From the NCBI GenBank assembly GCA_046351535.1, contig JAXLYG010000005.1:293334-357333 (forward strand): 64,000 nucleotides of DNA, read 5' to 3'. The number at the start of each line of letters is the position of its first letter. The first letter of the stretch is position 1. The notes beneath the pieces are model-generated. The model had not been told where the DNA came from. It saw only the letters and a program-made list of their open reading frames with translations, and did no database searches. This stretch comes from Polyangiales bacterium. Its GTDB lineage: Bacteria; Myxococcota_A; Polyangia; Polyangiales; Ga0077539. Shown one piece after another: positions 45,816-54,546 of this stretch. Made by a program: the position numbers and the translations under genes.

Positions 45816-47031
45816 CATCGCCCTCGCGCTCGCGGTCGCGCTCGCATCGACGGCCGTCGCCGCCGAGGAGCACTGCGGCCAGTGCCACGCCACCCTCCGC
45901 GAGGCGCGCCTGCGCACGCCCGCCGAGGCCCTTCGAGAGAGCGTCCACGACGCGCCTCGCGTGGGCTGCTCGGGCTGCCACGGCGGTCGCGCCTCGGAGG
46001 CCACCACGGCCGCCCACGACGCCGCCGCGGGCTTCGTCGCGCGCCCCGACCTCGCCGTCACCTCCGAGCGCTGCGGCGCCTGCCACGCCGACGCGCGCTT
46101 CATCCGCCGCGCGAGCGCGACGCTCCAGGTCGATCAGCTCGCGCTCTTTCGCGCCGACGCGCACGGCCACGCCGTCGCCGACGGCCGCGTGCGCGCGCCC
46201 TCGTGCGCCTCGTGTCACGGCGCCCACGACATCCGTCACGTCGCCGACCCCTCGTCGCCCGTAAACCCGCTGCACGTCGCAGAGACCTGCGGACGCTGCC
46301 ACGAAGGACCCACCGCGATCCGCGGCGCGCGCCCCGCGAACGAGCCTCCCTCCGCGTGGAGGGCGAGCGTCCACGGCCGGGCGCGCGTCGAGCGCGGCGA
46401 CGAGAACGCCCCCACCTGCGCGAGCTGCCACGGCGCGCACGGCGAGTTCCGCGAAGCGGGCGGACCCGACGCGCGCTGCGGGAGCTGTCACCGCGACGAG
46501 GCCGAGGCCTTCACGCGCAGCCCCCACGCGGCGCCCTTCGCGCGCCTCGGCTTCTCGGGGTGCGTGCAGTGCCACGGGTCGCACGGCGTCGGCGAGGCCG
46601 GCGGCGCGCTCCTCGGGAGCGGCTCGAGCAACGTCTGCGGTCGTTGCCACGACGGCGCGCAGAAGGCCCTCGAGACGGCCTCACGCCTCGACGCCGCCCG
46701 CGCCGGCGCGCTCCGCGCCGTCGACGAAGCGGCGGACCTCATGCGCCGCGCCGATCGCGCGGGGCTCTCGATTCCAGAAGGCGCTTCGAAGCTCGAAGAG
46801 GCCCGCGCGGCGCAGCAGCGCCTCGACGTGGCCCTCCACACGCTCGACGAGCGCGTGGTCGCGGGCGCGGTGCGCGAGGTGACGAGCGCCGCGACGGCCT
46901 CGCAGCGCGCGGCGCGCCGGACCCTCGGCCTCCGTGACCGTCAGCGTCGGGCGTGGCTCCCCGTGGTGGGCCTGCTCTTCGCGCTCGGAGCCCTGCTGGC
47001 GCTCCGCTCTCGCAACGGGGGCGACCGGTGA
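45799..47031 (+). CDS. Nonaheme c-type cytochrome with signal peptide and C-terminal TM anchor
   Basis: Nine CxxCH motifs. C-terminal WLPVVGLLFALGALLAL. A TTG start is inferred because there is no in-frame ATG; it overlaps cytochrome b by 17 nt. Confidence 0.75.
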   Translation: MRSFADIALALAVALASTAVAAEEHCGQCHATLREARLRTPAEALRESVHDAPRVGCSGCHGGRASEATTAAHDAAAGFVARPDLAVTSERCGACHADARFIRRASATLQVDQLALFRADAHGHAVADGRVRAPSCASCHGAHDIRHVADPSSPVNPLHVAETCGRCHEGPTAIRGARPANEPPSAWRASVHGRARVERGDENAPTCASCHGAHGEFREAGGPDARCGSCHRDEAEAFTRSPHAAPFARLGFSGCVQCHGSHGVGEAGGALLGSGSSNVCGRCHDGAQKALETASRLDAARAGALRAVDEAADLMRRADRAGLSIPEGASKLEEARAAQQRLDVALHTLDERVVAGAVREVTSAATASQRAARRTLGLRDRQRRAWLPVVGLLFALGALLALRSRNGGDR

Positions 47032-49301
47032 ACGAGGAGCCGTCGACCGCGCGCGCACGCCCGAGGCTGCGTCCGTCATGGGGCGTCCTCGCGGCCGTGG
47101 CGCTCGCGCTCGTGGCGCTCTTCGCGGGCGCCGAGCGCGCCACCCGCTCGGATGACTTCTGCGCGTCGTGCCACGCGAGCTCGCGCGCGCACCTCCGCGG
47201 TCATCAGGGCACCCGCTGCGACGCGTGCCACGCCGCGAAGACCGCGGAGCGCCTCGGGCTCCTCGCGCGCTCGATCACGCACACCGCCGCGAGCCGCCAC
47301 CACGCCGCCGTCGACCCGACGACCTGCGTCTCGTGCCACCAGGACCGCGCGGGCTCGTGGCGCAGGCTGATGTCGACCGAGGGGCACGCGTCGCACACGA
47401 CGGGCGCGCGCAAGACCGACTGCGTGCGCTGCCACGGGCCCTCGCTCCACGACAAGCCCGACCCCGGCGCGCGCTGCGTCGCGTGTCACGCGAGCACGCC
47501 CATGCGCTCCGAGCCGCGCGACGAGGGCTCGTGCGTGCGCTGCCACGCCTTCGGCGCGCGCCCCGCGGCGCTCGCCCGCCAGGTGCCCTCGGCCCACGGG
47601 CCCCGCGTCGACGGATCGCGCATCCACGGCGCCGTCGACTGCCGGAGCTGCCACGACCCGCACCGCGACACCAACGACCGCGGCACGCACGACGGCAACG
47701 ACTGCGTGCGCTGCCACCGCGGGAGCATCGCGTCCGAGGTGGCCGCCGGGCCGCGCGGTCACCGCGAGTGCCTCGGGTGTCACTCCGCGCACGCCGAGAG
47801 AGGCCGCGCGGGCATCGACTGCGGACGCTGCCACGAGCCGCCTCCGCCGCGCTCGACGCACCAGGCGGAGCCGTCGCGCAGGCAGCCCGCGGCCCGGGTG
47901 ACGCCGTGGGTGACCTTCGCGTCTGGAACGACCACCGCGGTCCCCGACGCGCGCACCCCCAACGCCCCCACCGCGCGCCCCGCGCACACCGACTGGACGC
48001 TCACGGGCGTCTGCTCGACCTGCCACCGCCCGCACACGTGGACGGCGCACACCGACGACTGCCGCACGTGCCACGCCGGCCCCTCGACGTCGCTCCCGCG
48101 CGACGGTCGAGGCCACAACGAGTGCGTCGGCTGCCACGACCCGCACGCGCCCGTCCCCAACGCAGACACCTGCGCGACGTGCCACCAGAACATCGCGGCC
48201 GCGACCCATCAGGCGCCGCCCACGCCGCACCAGGACTGCCTCTCGTGTCACGCGCAGCACGACCCGCGGCGCCCCACGGCGTCGACGTGCGAGCACTGCC
48301 ACGCAGCGCCCACGGCGGGCGTCGCGCACGGCCCCGACGAGCACCGCAACTGCCTGTCGTGCCACGAGCAGCACGGTCCGCCCGCGGCCAACGCCGAGCG
48401 CTGCGCGCGCTGCCACGCGGCCGAGGTGTCGTCGACCGCGACGCGCGCGACGTCGCTCTCGGGCGTGCACCAGCGCTGCGAGAGCTGCCACACGCCGCAC
48501 GAGTTCGAACGCGCCAACGCGCGGACCGCGTGCGTCCACTGCCACGAGCGCGCCGCCGCGCCCACGTCGAACCACCGCGGGACGTGTACGCAGTGCCACG
48601 CGCCCCACGCGAACATCAACGCCCGCGGGACCGACTGCGCGACGTGCCACGCGGGCGTCCGCGCGGTGGGCTCGGAGCGTCCCGGCTCGGCGCACGCGCG
48701 CTGTCAGTCGTGTCACACGCCGCACACGGCCGCGCGCGGCGCCCTCCAGCGGTGCCCGACGTGTCACGCGCGGCAGGTCTCCGTCGCGCGCACGTGGCCC
48801 GCGGAGTCTCCGCACGCGGGCCGCTGCGAGTCGTGCCACGACATGCACGGACCGACGCCGCGGGTGGCCTGCGCGAGCTGCCACGCGCCGCAGAACAACG
48901 CGTCGCACATGGGACGCCACACCGACTGCGTGGGCTGCCACGCGCCGCACCAGGACCGCCCCTCCGGCGGCGCCTCGGCGTGGTGGAACCGCTGCGCCAC
49001 CTGCCACACGCAGCAGGCGACCGCGGCGCAGACCGGCGCCGTCGCGCACCGGGCGTGTTCGAACTGCCACCAGCGCCCGGGCTTGCGGGCGCCGACCTGC
49101 GCGACCTGCCACGCCCAGGCCGCGGGCACGCTGCTCCACGGTCACCCCGCGCACGCCAACTGCGCCGGGTGCCACCCCCCGCACGGCACTGGAATCCCCG
49201 AGCGGGCGCAGTGCGTCGCGTGTCACCAGAACCGGGCGCAGCACTTCCCCGATGCGCCGCGTTGCCAGTCGTGCCATCCCTTCGGCACGCAGGGACGATG
49301 A
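47028..49301 (+). CDS. Giant (~33-heme) c-type cytochrome with N-terminal signal-anchor
   Basis: 33 CxxCH motifs counted across 757 aa, almost all in a C-x2-CH-x(8-20)-H periodicity. N-terminal VLAAVALALVALFAGA. GTGA overlap with the upstream gene. Confidence 0.85.
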   Translation: MNEEPSTARARPRLRPSWGVLAAVALALVALFAGAERATRSDDFCASCHASSRAHLRGHQGTRCDACHAAKTAERLGLLARSITHTAASRHHAAVDPTTCVSCHQDRAGSWRRLMSTEGHASHTTGARKTDCVRCHGPSLHDKPDPGARCVACHASTPMRSEPRDEGSCVRCHAFGARPAALARQVPSAHGPRVDGSRIHGAVDCRSCHDPHRDTNDRGTHDGNDCVRCHRGSIASEVAAGPRGHRECLGCHSAHAERGRAGIDCGRCHEPPPPRSTHQAEPSRRQPAARVTPWVTFASGTTTAVPDARTPNAPTARPAHTDWTLTGVCSTCHRPHTWTAHTDDCRTCHAGPSTSLPRDGRGHNECVGCHDPHAPVPNADTCATCHQNIAAATHQAPPTPHQDCLSCHAQHDPRRPTASTCEHCHAAPTAGVAHGPDEHRNCLSCHEQHGPPAANAERCARCHAAEVSSTATRATSLSGVHQRCESCHTPHEFERANARTACVHCHERAAAPTSNHRGTCTQCHAPHANINARGTDCATCHAGVRAVGSERPGSAHARCQSCHTPHTAARGALQRCPTCHARQVSVARTWPAESPHAGRCESCHDMHGPTPRVACASCHAPQNNASHMGRHTDCVGCHAPHQDRPSGGASAWWNRCATCHTQQATAAQTGAVAHRACSNCHQRPGLRAPTCATCHAQAAGTLLHGHPAHANCAGCHPPHGTGIPERAQCVACHQNRAQHFPDAPRCQSCHPFGTQGR

Positions 49302-49579
49302 AACTCGACGCGGACACTCGCTCGTTACAGTTCTCCTCCGAAGAAGAGCTTCAGCGCTTTCACGACGACCTCACGGAGCTCATCCGCGTGGCCACCGTGA
49401 GCGTCACGAAGAACGTCGAGGTCGAGGTCGCCACCGAGCGCGCGCGGGAGCTCATGCGCCGCCACGCCACGGTGCTGCGCTGCCTCAACCAGCTCCGGCG
49501 CGTGCTCCCGCGCCACGCCTCGGGCGTCGACGACCACAAGGTCGCCCCCGAGCGAGGCGACCCCCCCGACGAGACCTGA
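49298..49579 (+). CDS. Small acidic hypothetical protein (93 aa), last gene of the cytochrome operon
   Basis: ATGA overlap with the cytochrome stop. Coherent, non-Arg-rich composition. Confidence 0.4.
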   Translation: MKLDADTRSLQFSSEEELQRFHDDLTELIRVATVSVTKNVEVEVATERARELMRRHATVLRCLNQLRRVLPRHASGVDDHKVAPERGDPPDET

Positions 49580-49588
49580 TCGCCTCGC

Positions 49589-51328
49589 TCAGGTGATGAC
49601 GTCGCGGCGCAGGTCGCGCCAGAGCACCGCCGCGCACGCGGCGGCGCCCGCGAGGAGCGCGAGGCCCTTCGGAGCCTCGTGGAGCAGCACCTTCCCGACG
49701 CCGAAGAGCGTGAGGTAGATCATCGCGCAGCCGAGCACCCAGTCGCGCAGGCGCACGCCCACCGTGGGCCCCGCGCTCCCCACGTCGGGGAGCTCCCTCG
49801 CGATGGGCGCCCAGCCCGAGCCCGCGGGGCGCACGCGCGCGTAGAAGCTCATGAGCGTCTCGACGGGCTCGGGCTTCGTGGCGTACGTGGCCGCGACCCA
49901 CGACACCGTGGTGATCGCGAGCGTGCCGAGCATCAGGTGGGCGAAGCCCCGCGGCGTCGACGGGTCGAGGCCGACGACGTGCTGGAGCACCAGCGACGCG
50001 ATGAGCGACGCGGCCATCGCGACGATCTCGCTCCACGCGTTGATGCGCCACCAGTACCAGCGGAGAATGAGCACGAGCCCCGTGCCCGCGCCCATCGAGA
50101 GGAGGATCTTCCACGCGCCCTCGACGGAGCCGAGCATGAGGGTCACGGCGCCCGCGAGGAGCATCGTGAGCACCGTGGCCGCGCGCGACGCGTTGACGTA
50201 GTGCGCCTCGCTCTGACCGGGCTTGAGAAAGCGCGCGTAGAGGTCGCGCACCAGATACGACGCGCCCCAGTTGAGGTGCGTCGCGACGGTCGACATGTAC
50301 GCCGCGATGAAGCCCGCCATCATCAGCCCGCGGAGGCTCGGCGGGAGGTGGTCGATCATCACGCGCACGTAGGCCCCCTCGGGGTCGCGGTCGGTGCCGT
50401 CGCGCAGGCCGGGATAGAGCGCGTACGCGGCGAGCGCCGTGAGCACCCAGGGCCAGCTTCGAACGCAGTAGTGCGCGACGTTGAACCACAGCGTCGCGAG
50501 CACGCCGTCGCGCTCGGTGCGGGCCGCGAAGATGCGCTGCGCCACGTAGCCGCCGCCGCCGGGCTCGGCGCCCGGATACCACGCGGCCCACCACTGCACG
50601 CCGAGGTACACCGCGAGGGCCTCATAGGGCATCCACTCGGCGCCCGCCGGCGGGAGCACCGCGAGTCGCTCCGCGGGGATGGCCGCGCGGATGCCGTCGA
50701 TGCCGCCCGCCGCGTCGACGGCGTAGAACGCGAGCGCGATGGTGCACCCGAGCTTCACGACGAACTGGAGCACGTCGGCCCAGAGCACGCCCCAGAGCCC
50801 CGAGACCGACACGTAGAGCCCCGTCACGAGGAGGCACACGGCCACCGCGGGCCCCTTCGGGAGCCCCAGCGTGAGCCCGAGGATCTTCGCCATCGCGAGG
50901 TTCACCCACCCCAGGATCACGCAGTTGATCGGCAGCGCGAGGTAGGCCGCGCGAAAGGCTCGCAGGGCCGCGGCGGGGCGTCCGGCGTAGCGCAGCTCGA
51001 TGAGCTCGACGTCGGTCATCACGCCCGCGCGACGCCACAGCGAGGCGAAGAAGAAGACCGTGAGCATCCCGCTGGCGACGGCGTTCCACCACAGCCAGTT
51101 GCCCGCGACGCCGTGCGAGACCACGAGGCCCGTCACCACGAGCGGCGTGTCGGCCGAGAAGGTCGTCGCCACCATCGACGTGCCCGCGAGCCACCACGGC
51201 ACGTCGCGGCCCGAGACGAAGAACTCGCTGAGGCTCGATTTCGCGCGCCGCCCGAACGCGAGCCCGAGGCCGACGTTCAGCGCGAAGAAGGCCACCATCA
51301 CCGCCCAGTCGAGCCCCGTGAGTCGCAT
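49589..51328 (-). CDS. Sodium:solute symporter family transporter
   Basis: 579 aa, about 13 TM helices. The N-terminal region (AVMVAFFALNVGLGLAFGRRAKSSLSEFFVSGRDVPWWLAGTSMVATTFSADTPL) is typical of the SSS family. Confidence 0.75.
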   Translation of the reverse strand: MRLTGLDWAVMVAFFALNVGLGLAFGRRAKSSLSEFFVSGRDVPWWLAGTSMVATTFSADTPLVVTGLVVSHGVAGNWLWWNAVASGMLTVFFFASLWRRAGVMTDVELIELRYAGRPAAALRAFRAAYLALPINCVILGWVNLAMAKILGLTLGLPKGPAVAVCLLVTGLYVSVSGLWGVLWADVLQFVVKLGCTIALAFYAVDAAGGIDGIRAAIPAERLAVLPPAGAEWMPYEALAVYLGVQWWAAWYPGAEPGGGGYVAQRIFAARTERDGVLATLWFNVAHYCVRSWPWVLTALAAYALYPGLRDGTDRDPEGAYVRVMIDHLPPSLRGLMMAGFIAAYMSTVATHLNWGASYLVRDLYARFLKPGQSEAHYVNASRAATVLTMLLAGAVTLMLGSVEGAWKILLSMGAGTGLVLILRWYWWRINAWSEIVAMAASLIASLVLQHVVGLDPSTPRGFAHLMLGTLAITTVSWVAATYATKPEPVETLMSFYARVRPAGSGWAPIARELPDVGSAGPTVGVRLRDWVLGCAMIYLTLFGVGKVLLHEAPKGLALLAGAAACAAVLWRDLRRDVIT

Positions 51329-51382
51329 CGCGCGACTCTAGATCACAGCGCCCGAACGAAGAACGCCGTTGCGCGCGGCGAC

Positions 51383-52693
51383 CTACGGGAGCTGGATGCG
51401 CCGCATGCGGTGAAAGGGCTCGCCGGTCCCGCGGTTGCCGTCGGGGAGGTAGAGGATCCCGTCGTCGGGCGAGATCGCGATGCCCTCGAGGCCGTAGAAC
51501 TCGGCCTCTTCGAGGGGGCCGTCGACGCAGCCCGCGTTGCCGTTGCCCGCGAGCGTCGCGACGACGCCCTCGGCGTCGATGGTGCGCACGTGGTGGCCGT
51601 CGGCCTCGCTCACGTACACGAGCCCGCGCGAGTCGATGGTGATGCCCTGCGGGCCGCTGAACTGGGCCATCGCGCCGGGGCCGTCGAGGGAGCCCGCGGT
51701 GCCGCTCCCGGCGAGGGTGCTCACCTCGCCCTCGGGGGTCACGAGGCGGATGCGCTGGTTGCCCTGGTCGGCGATGAGGAGGTTCCCGTCGGCGCGGAGC
51801 ACCACGCCGTAGGGGCGCATGAAGCGGGCGGCGGTGCCGGGGCCGTCGACGAAGCCCGAGCGGCTGCGCGCGCCCGCGAGCACGGTGACCGTGCCGTCGG
51901 TGAGGTCGAGCGTCTCGACGACGTGGAGCACGTAGTCGGTCATCGCGAGGCGCCCGTCGGGGAGCACGACGAGGCCGCGGGGGCGCCCGATGTCGCGCGC
52001 GACGACGGTGGCGGTGTGCTCTCCCGGCGCGACGCGCCAGATGGTCCCCGTGGTGTTGGTGCGGCCGCCGCGGTCGTTGGCGTCGGTCTCGATGTAGAGC
52101 GTCCCGTCGGGGGTGAACGCGAGGCCGAAGGGCGCTTCGAAGTTCGCCTGTCGAATGAGCGTGGTGACCCACCCGTCGGGCTCGATCCTGCGGACGGCGT
52201 TGTTGTTGAAGTCGGCGACGTAGACGTTGCCGTCGGGGCTCACGACCACGTTCACGGGGTTGTTGAAGCGCGCGTCGGTGCGCAGCCCGTCGGCGAAGCC
52301 CGGGTCGCCCGCGCCCGCGAAGGTCACCACGCCCTCTTCGAAGGGAGGCACGTCGTCGGGGTGCACGAGGTCGATGGCGATGTCGCTGAGCGCCGACTCG
52401 TCGTCGACGTCGGTCGTCGGAGCGATGTCTCCCTGCGCGACGTCGGCGATGATGTCGCTCGTCGCGTCGCGCACGTCGACGCGCGCGTCGGCCACGTCGC
52501 TTCGAACGTCGACGCGCGCGTCGGCGACGTCGCTCCGAACGTCGCTTCGAACGTCGACGCGCGCGTCAGCGCGGGCGTCGAGGCCCGCGTCTGAAGGCGC
52601 TCCCGAGTCGCCGCAACCCGCCGCGATCACCGCGACGAGCGCCGCGCATGGCGCGGAGCAGCGCCAGCGACGAGCGACAATCCAAGTGCTCAT
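51383..52693 (-). CDS. NHL-repeat beta-propeller lipoprotein
   Basis: Lipobox VIAAGCGD. N-terminal (DARVDVRSDV)n repeats. NHL blocks (YVADFNNNAVRRIEPDG; LLIADQGNQRIRLV; VYVSEADGHHVRTID). Start found by counting back from the stop. Confidence 0.7.
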   Translation of the reverse strand: MSTWIVARRWRCSAPCAALVAVIAAGCGDSGAPSDAGLDARADARVDVRSDVRSDVADARVDVRSDVADARVDVRDATSDIIADVAQGDIAPTTDVDDESALSDIAIDLVHPDDVPPFEEGVVTFAGAGDPGFADGLRTDARFNNPVNVVVSPDGNVYVADFNNNAVRRIEPDGWVTTLIRQANFEAPFGLAFTPDGTLYIETDANDRGGRTNTTGTIWRVAPGEHTATVVARDIGRPRGLVVLPDGRLAMTDYVLHVVETLDLTDGTVTVLAGARSRSGFVDGPGTAARFMRPYGVVLRADGNLLIADQGNQRIRLVTPEGEVSTLAGSGTAGSLDGPGAMAQFSGPQGITIDSRGLVYVSEADGHHVRTIDAEGVVATLAGNGNAGCVDGPLEEAEFYGLEGIAISPDDGILYLPDGNRGTGEPFHRMRRIQLP

Positions 52694-52859
52694 GCCGCGA
52701 CCGTAGAGCGTCTCAGCGAACAAGTGAATTGTGGCGAAACCACCACAAGGAGAGGCGTTTGGTGCACACGACGTGAGGCGCGAAAGACGCTCTCCACGCC
52801 GCTGTGCAATTGTCGTTTGCCGACGTGCACGCGGCCGCACATCGCGCGTGAGCGAGCGC

Positions 52860-53363
52860 TCAATCACCCAGATCGAGTTCCCAGAATCCCACGTCGTGCC
52901 ACGCGGCGAACTTGTATCCGACGGCGTGAAAGGTCCCGACGTGACGGAAGCCGAGCGCCTCGTGGAGCCGCACGGAAGGCTCATTGGGCATGGTGATTCC
53001 CGCGACGACGACCCTGAATCCACCGAGCTTCAAGCGACCGAGGAGCACCCCGTAGAGCGCGCTCGCGACGCCCGTCCTCCGCGCCTCGGGTGCGACGTAG
53101 ATGCCCGTCTCGACGGTGCGCGCATACGCGTCTCGCTCTCGCCAACGACCCGCCTTGCAGTACCCCGCGAAGCGACCGTCGATGTCAGCCGCGACCCAGG
53201 GAAAACGCCGATCGCGTCGCTCCCAGGCCGCGGCGAAGTCCTCCTCGGAGGCTGGCGTCTCACCGAAGTGCACGGTGGTGTGCACGATGAAGTGGTTGGT
53301 GAGCGCGCACGCGGGCGCGATGTCGCGCGCTTCGAAGTCCCTCACGATCAGCTCGGAGCTCAT
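52860..53363 (-). CDS. GNAT N-acetyltransferase (phosphinothricin acetyltransferase-like)
   Basis: ETGIYVAPEARRTGVASALYGVLLGRLKLGGF is the GNAT A motif. 167 aa. Confidence 0.75.
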   Translation of the reverse strand: MSSELIVRDFEARDIAPACALTNHFIVHTTVHFGETPASEEDFAAAWERRDRRFPWVAADIDGRFAGYCKAGRWRERDAYARTVETGIYVAPEARRTGVASALYGVLLGRLKLGGFRVVVAGITMPNEPSVRLHEALGFRHVGTFHAVGYKFAAWHDVGFWELDLGD

Positions 53364-53395
53364 GCGCCGAGACGATCAGCGCGCGGCACCGACTG

Positions 53396-54017
53396 TCAAC
53401 GTCCCCGCGGAGCTCCGCCGTCGTAGAGGAGCGAGACGTTGGGCGTCGCGACCGTCGGCGCGATCGCGTGCGTGGGCGTCGATCGGCGCGTGAACGCCAG
53501 CGCGACGCCGAGCGTGACGACCACCAGCGCGAGCGCGAGCAGCGACCCGAGCACCACGCCGCTCGACGTGCCGCGACGCGAGGCCGAGCGGTCGCGCGCG
53601 GGCGCCTCCTCCGTCGTGCGATGACGCGGCGGCGGCAGCGGAGGCAGCGCGTACGTGGGCTGCGCGTACGCGGGCGGCGCGTACGCACGGCGAAGCGTAC
53701 GCGGGCGACGCGGGACACTCGGGCGGAGGGAGCGTGACGGGCTCCTCGACGTCGTCGGCGACGACCACCGACGGAGGCTGCGAGGGCGCGCGAGACGGCT
53801 TCGTCACGGGGGGACGCGTCGAGGGCGCGCTTCCGCGGATCGTCCGTCGCGCGCCGCTCGGCGGTCGCGAGCGCGTCGCCTCGGGCGCGGGCGTCGCCAT
53901 CGATCGCGCGGGATACGAGGCGGGTTCACGACGGATCGTGGGCGCGTCGTCGTGGCCGGGCCCCTCGGGCGACCCGTGGACCAGCGTCGGAACGCTGCGC
54001 TTCGGCGCTTCATCCAT
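53396..54017 (-). pseudogene. Pro-rich single-pass membrane protein gene with an apparent +1 frameshift
   Basis: Frame A (53376..54017) gives a coherent Pro-rich N-terminus ending ...PASPAYASP. Frame B then continues with AYAPPAYAQPTYALPPLPPP, a TM helix (VVLGSLLALALVVVTLGVALAF) and a stop at 53396. The frame switch lies in a gcgtacgc-repeat tract near 53660-53690. Confidence 0.5.
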
Positions 54018-54074
54018 CGCGACGCGATCGTCCCCCGGCGCGCACGTCGGCGCAAGGCGCGGGGCGCGGTGACG

Positions 54075-54539
54075 TCACCCGAGGCGCTTCTCGTAGAGGT
54101 TGTCCTCCCAGTCGTTGTCGACGCGCTCGAGGAGCGTGAAGCCGTTGCGCTCATAGAGCCTGTGGGCCTTGCCGAAGCGCCGCGACGAGTCGAGCCAGAT
54201 CGCCTCGTAGCCCGCGCGCCGCGCGAAAGCCTCGGCGTGATCGTAGAGCCGCTGACCGAGGCCCGAACCCCTCCGTTGGGGGTGGAGGTAGAGCCGCTTG
54301 AACTCGCAGGTGCGGCCCTCCTTCGGTCTGATCGCGACGGTGCCGACGACGACGCCGTCCTCCGCGACCGCGACCCAGAAGCCCGCGCCCTCGGCGCCGT
54401 AGCGCGTCGCGATCTCCGCGAGGTCGCGCTCCACGCCGCCGACGGCGTGGCCGAAGCCGAACTCCGTGAGCACGGCCGCGACGAGCGCGCGCACGGCGTC
54501 GCGGTCTTCATCCCGATAGGGCCTGATGGAGACGCTCAC
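54075..54539 (-). CDS. GNAT family N-acetyltransferase
   Basis: VGTVAIRP...RLYLHPQRRGSGLGQRLYDHAEAFARRAGYE is a GNAT acetyl-CoA binding motif. Confidence 0.8.
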   Translation of the reverse strand: MSVSIRPYRDEDRDAVRALVAAVLTEFGFGHAVGGVERDLAEIATRYGAEGAGFWVAVAEDGVVVGTVAIRPKEGRTCEFKRLYLHPQRRGSGLGQRLYDHAEAFARRAGYEAIWLDSSRRFGKAHRLYERNGFTLLERVDNDWEDNLYEKRLG

Positions 54540-54546
54540 GGTCGGA

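Noticed and set aside
47168-49579. 803-aa ORF overlapping the 33-heme cytochrome in another frame
   Set aside because: It is Arg/Pro-rich with no motifs. The alternative frame carries 33 regularly spaced CxxCH motifs and a signal-anchor. Only its last 93 codons (49298..49579) look like a real small gene.
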